A stretch of DNA of 64,000 nucleotides from an uncultured Gammaproteobacteria bacterium (GCA_964599455.1 CAZREA010000004.1:1628-65627), one strand, 5' to 3'; counted from the stretch's first letter, positions 10,287-20,880 are shown. Numbers and translations: made by a program. The notes: a model not told the origin generated them from the letters alone.

Positions 10287-10816
10287 TCAGAAAAATCACT
10301 GCCGCGATATTCGTAAAAGCTTAAACATCCTGATCGCTTATGTGTTTTGCGTGGTGGAAAATCAGCCGGAGGCCAACCTTCAAAAAGCACAATAGCATTT
10401 TTAGCAAACGTCGGGCCAAGGATATGCGCAATGCGATTATGCGGTTCGGCCATGATAAAGGAGATGATGACGTCGGCTTTGCTTAAATCCGCCTTATAGA
10501 AAGAACCAAATTGGAGACGAATATTCTTATATATGTTTCCGTGAAGCTGTTTACGCAAAAAAGCAATGAAGAGCGGGCCAAGTGAGAGTTCAATGCCTTG
10601 AAAAGTGGCGCGAGGATATTTTTTGGCAAGCGCAAAGAGAATAGAGCCTGTTCCGCAGCCAATATCAACGACATGTTTGCCGGAAAGATCAGGAAGAATT
10701 TCGAGAATATGCTGAATTTCTCCTTTTCGCGTGGGAACCCATGGCGCGCCTTTCCACGCCGCCAGGCAAGCGGTGCCGAGGATGAGGAAAAGAAAAAGAT
10801 ACAGTGCAATCATCAT
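10283..10816 (-). CDS. Class I SAM-dependent methyltransferase with N-terminal TM
   Basis: GAPWVPT then VDIGCGTG motif I. Confidence 0.85.
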   Translation of the reverse strand: MMIALYLFLFLILGTACLAAWKGAPWVPTRKGEIQHILEILPDLSGKHVVDIGCGTGSILFALAKKYPRATFQGIELSLGPLFIAFLRKQLHGNIYKNIRLQFGSFYKADLSKADVIISFIMAEPHNRIAHILGPTFAKNAIVLFEGWPPADFPPRKTHKRSGCLSFYEYRGSDFSE

Positions 10817-11514
10817 ATTTTACCGGTTGCTTCGAGCAGTTCCCGTTCTTCCTCTTCGGTAAGATGACGCCATTCACCGACGTGCAAATTGCCAAGCTTA
10901 ATATGCATAATGCGATCACGTCGCAAGGACACGACGTCGTAACCGACCGCTTCACACATACGACGAATTTGCCGATTGCGCCCCTCGATGATTGTAATCG
11001 CAAAACTATTCACACTTGTTTGCACCACTCGTGCTGGCAGCGTTTTACGTCCATCAAGCATAATGCCGCCACGCATCCGCTCGAGTGCGTTCTGATCAAT
11101 TTCACGATCAACAATCACCGCATATTCTTTTTCGTGCTTTTCTTCGGCACGCAAAATACGATTGACGATGTCGCCATCATTGGTCAAAAGAATGAGTCCT
11201 GACGAAGCAACGTCGAGTCTGCCAATATGGAAAAGTCGATCTGGATAACCAATCGCATCAATGATGTTGTCATTGGCCTTGGGATCACTCGTGCAAATAA
11301 TGCCCACCGGTTTGTAATAGGCAATATAGACGCGGGTGGTGACGGGTACGACTTTTTTTCCTCGAACGCGAATATCTTCGCTACCTTCAACTTTTTGTCC
11401 AAGTATTGCTTGCTGGTTATTGATGGTAATTGCACCTTGTTCGATTAAGCGATCTGCTTCGCGTCGCGAACAGACACCGGCATCAACCAAAAATTTATTG
11501 AGACGAATGGGCAT
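10813..11514 (-). CDS. RsuA/RluB/RluF-family pseudouridine synthase
   Basis: S4 domain (RLNKFL..SRREAD), GRLD catalytic Asp, EGRNRQIRRM. Confidence 0.92.
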   Translation of the reverse strand: MPIRLNKFLVDAGVCSRREADRLIEQGAITINNQQAILGQKVEGSEDIRVRGKKVVPVTTRVYIAYYKPVGIICTSDPKANDNIIDAIGYPDRLFHIGRLDVASSGLILLTNDGDIVNRILRAEEKHEKEYAVIVDREIDQNALERMRGGIMLDGRKTLPARVVQTSVNSFAITIIEGRNRQIRRMCEAVGYDVVSLRRDRIMHIKLGNLHVGEWRHLTEEEERELLEATGKI

Positions 11515-11536
11515 ACAGATAGGAGTATTGTAAACT

Positions 11537-11986
11537 ATGGATACTATTTGGCTACTCTATATGGATCAACAACCGCAAATGGGAAAAGTTCTCAAATTTG
11601 AAGCCCGAGCACGGCCTCCGCAAAATGCGGGGAGGGATAGTGGTCAAACGAGAGACCCGGAAAAGAACGATGTCGGAAATCTCTATGAATTTTCTCGGAT
11701 CGAGGCAGAAAAAAGAAGAGCGGATTTACAAAGAGAGGGCTTTTATCTCCAAAAAAGACAGCTTGCTTTGGTAAGAAAAGGTATTCTGACTGCTCAGAAA
11801 GAAACAGGACGAGTGCTTCAGCGGGCAACTATTGAAAATTGTCGTGAAGGTTTGGTGGATGTATCGGATGCTGATCTGTATAGAATAATTAACGGTGCAT
11901 CTTTGAATGATGTTGTTTTGCGTCCCGTTCGTTATCAGGCGTGTTTGGAAGTACTGGCAGAACGAGGTATTTTGCAAGCAAGATAG
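11537..11986 (+). CDS. Hypothetical protein
   Basis: Counter-oriented ORF filling the gap between core genes. Confidence 0.6.
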   Translation: MDTIWLLYMDQQPQMGKVLKFEARARPPQNAGRDSGQTRDPEKNDVGNLYEFSRIEAEKRRADLQREGFYLQKRQLALVRKGILTAQKETGRVLQRATIENCREGLVDVSDADLYRIINGASLNDVVLRPVRYQACLEVLAERGILQAR

Positions 11987-11989
11987 AAA

Positions 11990-12976
11990 TTATTTTTTGC
12001 GACGTAAAGCACGACGCGCAGCTTTTTCAATCCACGATGCAGTGAGTTTGTAATGTTCGAGCAGTTCTGCGGGCTTTCCTGACTGTCCAAAGACATCTTC
12101 GAGTCCCACGCGTTCGACAGGAACGGGATAGTGTTTTGTTACGATTTCCGCAATCGCACCACCAAGTCCGGCAACGGCCTGTGCTTCTTCAACCGTGACG
12201 ATGGCGCCACATGTTCGCGCTGCATCGATAATGACATACTCGTCGATGGGTTTAATGCTGACCATATTGATCACTCGTGCTTCGATGCCGTGTTTGCTGA
12301 GTGCTTCGGCGGCCTGAAGCGCTTCATAGACAAGCGGACCACAGGCAAGGATGGCAAGATCATTTCCTTTACGGAATGTTTCTGCTTTACCAATGGCAAA
12401 CGGCGTTTTTTCCGTGGTGAAGACAGGTGAAGCGTCGCGGGTAAAACGAATATAGACCGGCCCTGGGTGATTGATGGCTGCGATGGTGGCTTTGCGGGTT
12501 TCGATGGCGTCACAGGGCGCAAGCACGGTCATGTTTGGCAATACGCGCATCAGTGCGATGTCCTCGGTCATCTGATGTGTGGCACCATCCGGACCAACGG
12601 AGATTCCTGCATGCGCACCGGCGATTTTGACATCAATTTCTTGTAAACATATCGTCGTACGAATTTGTTCCCAATTTCGTCCAGGAGAAAAGGTCGCATA
12701 ACTGGCAATAACGGGAATTTTCCCCGCTAACGCAAGCCCAGCGGCGATAGCGGCGAGCGATTGTTCCGAAACGCCGAGTTGGACAAAGCGATCGGGAAAC
12801 GTTTTTTTAAAATCTTCCACTCGGGTGGACTCGCTCAAATCTGCGCATAACACGACCACGCGTTCATTTTCTTTTCCGGCAATGACAAGACCTTCACCAA
12901 AACCATTTCTGGTGGGAAGCATCGGTATATTCGCAGAGAAGAGTTTGCTAGAGAGATTGAGATAGGAAGAGGGCAT
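11990..12976 (-). CDS. Transketolase, C-terminal subunit
   Basis: GVSEQ, GPDGATHQ, PVYIRF, VTVEE motifs. Confidence 0.92.
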   Translation of the reverse strand: MPSSYLNLSSKLFSANIPMLPTRNGFGEGLVIAGKENERVVVLCADLSESTRVEDFKKTFPDRFVQLGVSEQSLAAIAAGLALAGKIPVIASYATFSPGRNWEQIRTTICLQEIDVKIAGAHAGISVGPDGATHQMTEDIALMRVLPNMTVLAPCDAIETRKATIAAINHPGPVYIRFTRDASPVFTTEKTPFAIGKAETFRKGNDLAILACGPLVYEALQAAEALSKHGIEARVINMVSIKPIDEYVIIDAARTCGAIVTVEEAQAVAGLGGAIAEIVTKHYPVPVERVGLEDVFGQSGKPAELLEHYKLTASWIEKAARRALRRKK

Positions 12977-12981
12977 ACGGT

Positions 12982-13290
12982 TTATCCGGAGTAGTGAGAC
13001 GATGCCTGAAGAAATCTGGCAAGAGCAAGCAGAAAAGAGAATAGTGAAAGAACGACGTATCGGTTTTTGAGAATCGTTCTTAGCTGAGCGTGTTTTTTAT
13101 ATGTGGTTATATATGCGCCTGTGCTCAATATCATCGCTATTGAGCAGAACAGAACAATGACGATTACGCCGCTCGTATCGACAAGCCGCGGATCATTTGT
13201 CCACGCATAGCGATTTATGGGGATCATGTAACTCAATAAGCTCATGGTCAATGAGGCGCAATTCAAGAGTATATTGAGTATCTTTTTCAT
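12982..13290 (-). CDS. Small membrane protein between the transketolase subunits
   Basis: Three hydrophobic segments; AT-richer than flanking genes. Confidence 0.6.
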   Translation of the reverse strand: MKKILNILLNCASLTMSLLSYMIPINRYAWTNDPRLVDTSGVIVIVLFCSIAMILSTGAYITTYKKHAQLRTILKNRYVVLSLFSFLLALARFLQASSHYSG

Positions 13291-13300
13291 CACATTTTGA

Positions 13301-14155
13301 TTAGTCGTTTTCACTGGCAATTTGTCCTTGAAGCGTGCGTAGTTCTTTTAATGCTATCTTCAACTCATCCGGTTTTGGTGGCTTGCCGTGCCAGCGAAAG
13401 TCGTTTTCCATAAAGTCGATGCCTTTGCCGGGAATAGTGTGGGCAATGATAACCGTAGGCTTTTCGTGGGTTGCTTTTGCTTGTTCGCACGCGTCGATAA
13501 ACTCGCGGATATTGTGACCATTGATTTCCAAAACATTCCAATTGAACGCAGAGAATTTTTCATGAAGCGGTTCGAGTGGCATGATGTCTTCGGTGCGACC
13601 ATCAATCTGAATATTATTGCGATCAATAATCCAGGTAAGATTATCCAATCGATACTTTGCCGCAAATAATGCTGCTTCCCAAGTAATCCCTGCCGCCAGT
13701 TCTCCATCCGACATCACGCAATATACATGCCAATCAGCTTTATCCATTTTGCCGGCATAGGCGGTTCCTGCTGCTTGTGAGGAACCGTCGCCAAGTGGAC
13801 CAGACGTGTGTTCAAGCGCGGGCATGAAGTGATATTCCGGATGGCCTTGGAGCGGCGAGCCGAATTTTCGCAATGTCGCAAGGTTTTCTTTAGGAAAATA
13901 GCCGGCATGGGCCATGGCTACATAGCGGATTGGGACAATGTGCCCATTGCTTAAAAAGAGTCGATCGCGTGCTTCCCAGCGAATCTTTTTAGGATTATGA
14001 CGCAAAACATAAAAATAGAGTGCACTAAAAATATCAGCCATGCCCAACGGCCCAGCCGAGTGGCCGCTGCCAGCCGTGGTAAGCATGGTTAATACGTCCC
14101 GACGCAATTCGTTGGCCTTGAGTTCGAGTTCACGCATTTTTTTATCCGTAATCAT
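13301..14155 (-). CDS. Transketolase, N-terminal subunit
   Basis: GSGH, DRLFLSNGH, LQGHP, SDGE...IDRN TPP motif, WHGK. Confidence 0.92.
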   Translation of the reverse strand: MITDKKMRELELKANELRRDVLTMLTTAGSGHSAGPLGMADIFSALYFYVLRHNPKKIRWEARDRLFLSNGHIVPIRYVAMAHAGYFPKENLATLRKFGSPLQGHPEYHFMPALEHTSGPLGDGSSQAAGTAYAGKMDKADWHVYCVMSDGELAAGITWEAALFAAKYRLDNLTWIIDRNNIQIDGRTEDIMPLEPLHEKFSAFNWNVLEINGHNIREFIDACEQAKATHEKPTVIIAHTIPGKGIDFMENDFRWHGKPPKPDELKIALKELRTLQGQIASEND

Positions 14156-14308
14156 AGTGCTGTAGAGACGGGGTGTCTTGTCCTGACGATAGGAAGGATG
14201 ACCCGTCTTTCAGGTGGTGCATGTGAGTGCACGTTCATCGTCCGTCAGTATACCAAAATAAAAATCGCCTCCCGATTGCTCGAGAGACGATTTTCTGAAG
14301 AAATATCC

Positions 14309-15148
14309 TTAGTTAATGACAACCTCGCAATCCTCAACATAAATCGCACCGGTGTTTACGCTGTCGTAGCCATCGTAGAAGCTATACGTTCCTTCTTCGC
14401 TAAAGCGCTTGACGAAATCATCACCTGCTTGGAGCGTACCGCTGCCCCAGGTGAGATCATCGGCAGTAACGGTGTGCTTGTCGTCACCATCGTTGGTGAA
14501 ACGAACCGTTTGATCAACGCAAATCGTAACGTCGATAGGATCGTAGCCGTCGTCAGCGATGCTGATATTTTCGGGTTCAATCAAACCTTTATCGTCATCG
14601 ATGGTGTAAGAAGTATCGGCTTGCGCGATTTCATCTTCAGCGATGCTTGCACTTACTTCGCGGTCAGTTAGGGTGTAGTTGGCGAAGAAGCCATCCGGAA
14701 CGTCATCAATATCTTTGTTCCAGTTGCTGCCGTAAAGCGTGGTTGCCATGGTTTCGGAAGCAACCCAGTAGAGTGCGCCATCCTGGCCAACGAAGTAGGT
14801 TTTTTCGTCAGAGTTGATTTTGATCATGCGGACACCCGGCTTGTAGGTGACGTTGCCACCGATTTGGATATCGGCCAAACTCGCATCGGAAATGGTGATG
14901 ACATCCGAGAAGTCGGGATTGCCACTTGAGTCCGAGTACCAGGTTTTGTAAGTCTTTTCGTTCGGAAACACATAGCGGAACCCATCGGCGCCCATATAGT
15001 ACACGGCCGAAAAGGTAGTGCCGCGAATAAGATCACCTGCAGAAACGGTTGTTGCTGCACGCGTGGTGGCGATTGAGGTGCCAAACATGCCGGCAATGAC
15101 CAAAGTCATGACCGCACTGGCAAAAAAAGAAGAGCGAAGAGAAGTCAT
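14309..15148 (-). CDS. Secreted protein with C-terminal cupredoxin-like domain
   Basis: Signal peptide; YYMGADGFRYVFPNEKTY repeat-type domain; TVRFTN..HTVT..GTYSFY. Confidence 0.75.
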   Translation of the reverse strand: MTSLRSSFFASAVMTLVIAGMFGTSIATTRAATTVSAGDLIRGTTFSAVYYMGADGFRYVFPNEKTYKTWYSDSSGNPDFSDVITISDASLADIQIGGNVTYKPGVRMIKINSDEKTYFVGQDGALYWVASETMATTLYGSNWNKDIDDVPDGFFANYTLTDREVSASIAEDEIAQADTSYTIDDDKGLIEPENISIADDGYDPIDVTICVDQTVRFTNDGDDKHTVTADDLTWGSGTLQAGDDFVKRFSEEGTYSFYDGYDSVNTGAIYVEDCEVVIN

Positions 15149-15162
15149 AGAATACAAAAGAA

Positions 15163-15819
15163 TTATAGCACAACTTTGGCGGCATCAAGCAAGTCATCAT
15201 GTGCATCTTCGGGATGTGGGTGTTGCCACAGTGCTGCGCCGCAGACACAGCGGTTTGCACCTGTTTCCGCGAGCGATCCAATATTATCGCGCGTCACGCC
15301 GCCATCAAGTGCGATATCGAGATTGGGAAAGAGGACTCGGGTCCGACGAATTTTCGCTAAAATCGGCTCTCCAAGAAAAGCTTGGCCCGAGGCACCCGGA
15401 TGCACGCTCATGAGCAGGACCTCGTCGATATGTTTTTGATACTTTTCGAGATGTTCGATCGGTGTTTCGGGATTGAGCGCAACCGTCCGATCAAGCTTCA
15501 GGATTTCCACTTGCTCAAGAATTGTTCCGAGTGGTCGGGCAATTTCCTGATGCAGAATTACTCGCCGCAAGCTTGCTACATATTTATGCCAGGCAACAAC
15601 ATGAAGAAAGGGATTTTCAGACATTATGTGAATTTCGATTTCGGGTAAATCAGGCCACGATCCGATCATTTCCGGATCAGCCCAGCTGGTGGCGTTAAAC
15701 AGGGTTCCATCAAGAATATCAATATGGAATCGTAGATTCTTCCGATGAAGTCCTGGATGGAAAAGCTTTTCGCGGCATTCTTGTTCGTTTTTGGCGAGAA
15801 TGGATGGGGTGATAAGCAT
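15163..15819 (-). CDS. rpe: Ribulose-phosphate 3-epimerase
   Basis: PSIL, HIDILDG, EIHIM, LMSVHPG.SGQ, DGGV. Confidence 0.9.
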   Translation of the reverse strand: MLITPSILAKNEQECREKLFHPGLHRKNLRFHIDILDGTLFNATSWADPEMIGSWPDLPEIEIHIMSENPFLHVVAWHKYVASLRRVILHQEIARPLGTILEQVEILKLDRTVALNPETPIEHLEKYQKHIDEVLLMSVHPGASGQAFLGEPILAKIRRTRVLFPNLDIALDGGVTRDNIGSLAETGANRCVCGAALWQHPHPEDAHDDLLDAAKVVL

Positions 15820-15826
15820 ATGTTCT

Positions 15827-16273
15827 TTATGTTCCCAATTCGTCCATCTGTCCAATCCTCCGTTTATGTCGTTCGGCTTCAGAAAACGGCGTTGTTAAAA
15901 AAGTTTCTACTAGCACAAACGGATCGTCATCGGTCGTGATGCGAGTCGGAATGCACAAAATATTCGCATCATCATCATTGCGCATCGCCTGTACTGCCTC
16001 TTGCGAAAACCCTACGCCCGCACGAATCCCGGAAAATTTATTGGCTGCCATGCACATGCCCTCAGCACTTCCACAAACAAGAATGCCCATGCTACCGGGA
16101 TGATTCTGTGCGGCATGTGCTACTCGTGCCGCATATTCTGGGTAATCGTCGTCAGGATCGTTTTGATACGCGCCAAGATCTTCAACGATCATATCTCGCA
16201 ACCGCAACGAATCTGCAATCGCATTTTTAAGTGTGCGACCGGCGTGGTCGGCACCGAGGAAGATGGTGGGCAT
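15827..16273 (-). CDS. rpiB: Ribose-5-phosphate isomerase B
   Basis: GADHAG, DDYP, CGSAEG, ANKFSGIRA, RHKRRI. Confidence 0.92.
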   Translation of the reverse strand: MPTIFLGADHAGRTLKNAIADSLRLRDMIVEDLGAYQNDPDDDYPEYAARVAHAAQNHPGSMGILVCGSAEGMCMAANKFSGIRAGVGFSQEAVQAMRNDDDANILCIPTRITTDDDPFVLVETFLTTPFSEAERHKRRIGQMDELGT

Positions 16274-16440
16274 AGTACGAATATTACCTTTTCACTTAAA
16301 GCATATCATCACGCATTCGTTAAAAACATCGTATTAAAGGTATTTTGATATACTTTTTGAGGATGATGTATGTTATTAAGATTATTTTATAGAATCAGCC
16401 GAAGTTTGCATTTGCGTTAAAGAAGTAGAGATACGAGCCT

Positions 16441-17382
16441 ATGACCTTTATCTTGGCGGCAAATCTAAGCGATCGCATTTTACTAGCGACCGACACGGTG
16501 GTCACGCGCCTGTCGGCTGACGGATCCCGAGGCGTCGTCTGTTACTACCCTAAATTGCAGCACTTTTCTAACGGTAATAACACCCAATTCGTAAGTTTTC
16601 TATTTGCCGGAAACCTCGGGTACGCGCGTTTCCTCTCCCGCAAGATTTCCGGCGCATTAGATGAGGGTCGATTGCCATGCGATATAGTCGATCTACAGCG
16701 CGAAATTCCTAGCTTTATTACAGATTTTTCGACAGGATATCCTGATAAGAAAAAGGCGACCTTCATTGTCGCTGGCAGGACGTACGATGGCTCGCTTGAT
16801 TTAGTAGATTTTGGGCGATTTTCTGAAATTATCGGTCCATCCGCCGGACAGGTGACCGACCCAGTGATGGTCGCCGCTCTCCAGATGGCCTCGAAAATCG
16901 GGGGTCTCGAGAAATGGAACGGCAGAGTGCCCGTCATGTTGCCCAGACAAGCAATCTTCAGAGTGTCGATTGACGAGAATAAAAATGTTTTCGAAGTGAG
17001 CGACTTGCTGGGCAAGCATCAGATGATGACAGCGGGCACGCGTCTGCTGACGCGTGAGGAAGAAAATAAGCTCCTGCGCTTTTTCCTCGATAAACGTGCA
17101 ATCGAGGTAGAAGGAAAGGATCTGGTCAACTTCATGAGAAACCAGTTTTCTGACTCGATCGGAGGTGCTGTTATGCTCGGGTATATTGATGGACGAGAAG
17201 GCGTATCTCCACTACGTTACGTTGGTTACGAGCTCGACAGGAGTTCCGGAACCAACTCGGACAAAAACTGGTCATTCCGGATTACGGATGGGAAATTTAT
17301 TGCCGTCAGCCCCAATAACGAGGAGATCGATCTTCTTACAAGTCACTATGAAGAAGCGGCGGAGGGGGGTCTTGAGATTTAA
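16441..17382 (+). CDS. Putative Ntn-hydrolase (proteasome beta/HslV-like)
   Basis: Met-Thr start, ILLATD, PKL, FAG, IVAG, SIGG motifs in proteasome-beta order. Confidence 0.55.
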   Translation: MTFILAANLSDRILLATDTVVTRLSADGSRGVVCYYPKLQHFSNGNNTQFVSFLFAGNLGYARFLSRKISGALDEGRLPCDIVDLQREIPSFITDFSTGYPDKKKATFIVAGRTYDGSLDLVDFGRFSEIIGPSAGQVTDPVMVAALQMASKIGGLEKWNGRVPVMLPRQAIFRVSIDENKNVFEVSDLLGKHQMMTAGTRLLTREEENKLLRFFLDKRAIEVEGKDLVNFMRNQFSDSIGGAVMLGYIDGREGVSPLRYVGYELDRSSGTNSDKNWSFRITDGKFIAVSPNNEEIDLLTSHYEEAAEGGLEI

Positions 17383-17549
17383 CCCGAGTTTTACGTGTCT
17401 AACGATATCAACCCCTTTCTTACTCTTTATTGTTGGTTTTATTGATGAGGTAACACGCGTGGTCTACGAACGAAGCTGCGAGCGTCCCGAGTACCATCCC
17501 TTCATCTCCTCTTCACCCCTCCCACCCCTTCCTGTATGCTGTTCCTACT

Positions 17550-20456
17550 ATGCCCGACACTACCGCCCCCCAGCGATCACCTCACTCGCAAGACGAAGTA
17601 AATCTTTTGGAATACTGGGAAAAACACCAAATTTTTGAGCGTTCGGTCAATGAACGCCCGGAAGCAAAACCCTATACATTTTACGATGGTCCGCCGTTTG
17701 CCACCGGTTTGCCGCATTATGGGCATATTGTTGCGAGCGTCATGAAGGATGTGGTGCCACGTTTTTGGACCATGCGCGGTTATCGAGTTGAGCGTAAATG
17801 GGGCTGGGATTGTCATGGTTTGCCGATCGAAAATATTGTCGAGAAAAAGTTTGATTTCAAATCCAAAAAAGATATTGAAAATTTTGGCATCGGCAAATTC
17901 AATGAAACGTGCGAGTCGGTGGTTTTGGATTATGTCGAGGATTGGAAAAAGGTCATTCGTCGATTGGGTCGTTGGGTCGACATGGAAAATGCCTACAAAA
18001 CCATGGACTTGCCGTTCATGGAATCCATTTGGTGGGTGTTTAAAACCATGTGGGAAAAAGGGCTTATTTACGAAGGCTACAAGCCCATGCACATCTGCCC
18101 TCGATGCGAGACCACGCTGTCAAACTTTGAGGTCAGTCAGGAATATGCCGATGTCACCGATATTTCAGTCACGGTCGCGGTCAATCTGACGAGTGGCCAC
18201 CATGAAGGCGCAAAAGTATTAGTGTGGACCACTACGCCATGGACCTTGCCGGGAAATGTATTGATTGCTGTCGGTGCAGACATGGAATATGCGCTCGTAG
18301 AAATGGAAGGGGAAAAATATATTCTCGCTTCATCATGTGTCGAGCGTGTGTTTGCGGGAAAATTGTATAAAGTCATGGAAACGTTTTCGGGTTCAACGCT
18401 CATCCATGCAACCTACGACCCAATCTTCCCGTACTTCCTTCATCACGCCAATGCATTCCGTGTTGTTTCGGCCGATTTTGTTTCCGATGAAGAGGGAACG
18501 GGGATGGTGCACATCGCTCCTGCATACGGAGAAGATGACATGCGTTTGGGCGAAGCAGAAAAAGTGGCACCTCTTTTTCATGTCAAAATGAACGGTCATT
18601 TTATACCGGAAGTATCTGAACCGCTTGAAGCCGAGGGATATCGTGTTGGCGAAGTGCCCGTGAAGGCAAAGGGAGCATATAGCGAAATAGATATTCAAAT
18701 CATCAAATGGCTCGCACATCACGGAAAACTTTTTGCCAAAGAAAAGCTCGTCCATAGCTATCCGCATTGCTGGCGTTGCGATACGCCACTTTTGAACTAT
18801 GCAACCCATTCTTGGTTTGTGCGGGTGTCGAGCATGGTTGATGATTTGGTGAAGAATAACGAGTCAACACATTGGGTGCCGGCAAACATGAAATACGGCC
18901 GTTTTGGCAAACGTCTCGAAGGCGCACGCGATTGGGCAATTTCGCGTTCACGTTTTTGGGGAACACCGTTGCCGGTTTGGCGGGCAGAAGATGGAGAGAT
19001 TCTCGTTATTGGCTCAAAAGAAGAATTGGAGAAATATGTGGGGCATGCGGTCACGAATTTGCACAAACATGTCATTGATTCTTTAGCGATCGAGAAAGAC
19101 GGCAAAATCTATCGTCGTATTCCTGAGGTTCTTGATTGTTGGTTTGAAAGCGGATCAATGCCGTACGCGCAGCTTCACTATCCTTTTGAAAATAAGGAAG
19201 GATTCGACAAGAAGTTTCCTGCAGACTTTATTGCTGAAGGACAGGATCAAACCAGTTTATGGTTTTACACGCTCCATGTCATTGGTAATGTGCTTTTTGG
19301 CAAACCCGCGTTCAAGAATGTGATTGTCAACGGGATTGTATTGGCGGAAGATGGAAAAAAGATGAGTAAGCGTCTAAATAATTATCCTGACCCGATGATG
19401 GTGATGGAAAAATATGGTGCTGATGCCGTGCGGTATTACCTAATGTCAACACCGGTAGTGTCGGCAACGGATTTACGTTTTAGTGAATCAGGTGTGGAAG
19501 AAGTGGGGAAAAAATTCATCACGATTTTGCGTAATGTCGTTTCGTTCTACAAATTGTACGCTGAGCATGACGACTATCGTTCGCCGAGCAATAAACATGT
19601 TCTTGATGCGTGGATTGTTGCTCGACTGAACGAGACGCTCGAAGAACAAACACGCGCCATGGAATCGTATGAACTTGATCATGCTGCTCGTGTGTTGCAA
19701 ACATTTGTTACTGATCTTTCCACGTGGTACGTGCGCCGCTCACGCGATCGCATGAAGACCGAAGGCGATGATCGCATCGAAGCGCTTGCAACCTTGCGCT
19801 ACGTTTTGGAAATGTTCTCAAAGATGCTCGCGCCCTTTATGCCGTTTTTGGCCGAGATGATCTATCGTGAGATCGGACAAAAATCCGAAGGTGCATCGGT
19901 ACACTTGGAAACCTGGCCTGTCACTGTAAAGACAGTCGGGTCGGTCGTCTCTGGGGACGTACTCGAGCAAATGGGTATCGTCCGCGCGCTGGTATCTCGC
20001 GCCCTCGAAGTTCGTGAACAAGCAGGAATCGCCATTAAACAAGCCCTTGGTGAAGCAACGCTCTCGGTGCCCTCCGGCGATTTTGCGGACGCATACGTAC
20101 AAGTTTTTTGTGATGAACTCAATATCAAAAAAGCAACCGTACAAAAAGGAGATCTTGGCGTAACGCTAAATCTTGCCCTTACTCCCGAACTTTTGCGCGA
20201 AGGTATGGCTCGTGAAATTACGCGCAAGATTAATGGTATGCGCAAAGAGGCAGGGTTGAGTATTCAGGATCGCATTAGTGCCGCGATTTTTTCGGACAGC
20301 GACGAGGTTAACGTGATGCTCGACGAACACGGTGAATCATTACGTGTCGACATTCTTGCGACCGAGTTGCACTTTGGCAAGCATGATGATTGGGAACACG
20401 TCGCTTCGTTCCGTGTAAATGAAATTGATGTGTGGATTGGGTGGACGATAATGTAG
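17550..20456 (+). CDS. ileS: Isoleucyl-tRNA synthetase (type 2)
   Basis: DGPPFATGLPHYGH, GWDCHGLP, WTTTPWTLP, KMSKR, type-2 C-terminus. Confidence 0.96.
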   Translation: MPDTTAPQRSPHSQDEVNLLEYWEKHQIFERSVNERPEAKPYTFYDGPPFATGLPHYGHIVASVMKDVVPRFWTMRGYRVERKWGWDCHGLPIENIVEKKFDFKSKKDIENFGIGKFNETCESVVLDYVEDWKKVIRRLGRWVDMENAYKTMDLPFMESIWWVFKTMWEKGLIYEGYKPMHICPRCETTLSNFEVSQEYADVTDISVTVAVNLTSGHHEGAKVLVWTTTPWTLPGNVLIAVGADMEYALVEMEGEKYILASSCVERVFAGKLYKVMETFSGSTLIHATYDPIFPYFLHHANAFRVVSADFVSDEEGTGMVHIAPAYGEDDMRLGEAEKVAPLFHVKMNGHFIPEVSEPLEAEGYRVGEVPVKAKGAYSEIDIQIIKWLAHHGKLFAKEKLVHSYPHCWRCDTPLLNYATHSWFVRVSSMVDDLVKNNESTHWVPANMKYGRFGKRLEGARDWAISRSRFWGTPLPVWRAEDGEILVIGSKEELEKYVGHAVTNLHKHVIDSLAIEKDGKIYRRIPEVLDCWFESGSMPYAQLHYPFENKEGFDKKFPADFIAEGQDQTSLWFYTLHVIGNVLFGKPAFKNVIVNGIVLAEDGKKMSKRLNNYPDPMMVMEKYGADAVRYYLMSTPVVSATDLRFSESGVEEVGKKFITILRNVVSFYKLYAEHDDYRSPSNKHVLDAWIVARLNETLEEQTRAMESYELDHAARVLQTFVTDLSTWYVRRSRDRMKTEGDDRIEALATLRYVLEMFSKMLAPFMPFLAEMIYREIGQKSEGASVHLETWPVTVKTVGSVVSGDVLEQMGIVRALVSRALEVREQAGIAIKQALGEATLSVPSGDFADAYVQVFCDELNIKKATVQKGDLGVTLNLALTPELLREGMAREITRKINGMRKEAGLSIQDRISAAIFSDSDEVNVMLDEHGESLRVDILATELHFGKHDDWEHVASFRVNEIDVWIGWTIM

Positions 20457-20526
20457 GGATCAGGCATACCTGATCCCAAAAGAAAAAAACGGACCAAGAG
20501 TCCGTTTTTTTATAGATCCGAAAACG

Positions 20527-20712
20527 CTATTCATCAATCCCTTGTTTATTCAGGGCATCATTTCTTAGAATTTCTTGAACTTTTTTTTGAGCGTCTGGAA
20601 GAAGACTCGCGATATCTCTAGTGACATCCTTTATATTATCCGGTGGTTGAGTATTGGGAGTTCGTTCTTGTGGTTTTGGTGCTTGAATCCTAATTATTTT
20701 TGAATCGCTCAT
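20527..20712 (-). CDS. Small hypothetical protein
   Basis: AT-rich 61-aa ORF between the two ileS 3'-end copies. Confidence 0.45.
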   Translation of the reverse strand: MSDSKIIRIQAPKPQERTPNTQPPDNIKDVTRDIASLLPDAQKKVQEILRNDALNKQGIDE

Positions 20713-20880
20713 AGGATAATAGTAAAGATATAAATTATAGAATAAAGTATACTCCAATATTGTAATTTATAAAAAAGCTGATTTAATTAACAAAACTGCG
20801 GCAAAGGTTGTCATTGAATGCGCAACTTCATGTGCATACTAATGGCAACAACGTGTTTAGCTCATATTCAAGGGGCCGAT

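Noticed and set aside
17383-17549. T-box leader upstream of ileS (also checked at trpS and valS)
   Set aside because: No GGTGGNACCGCG T-box motif or terminator in these leaders
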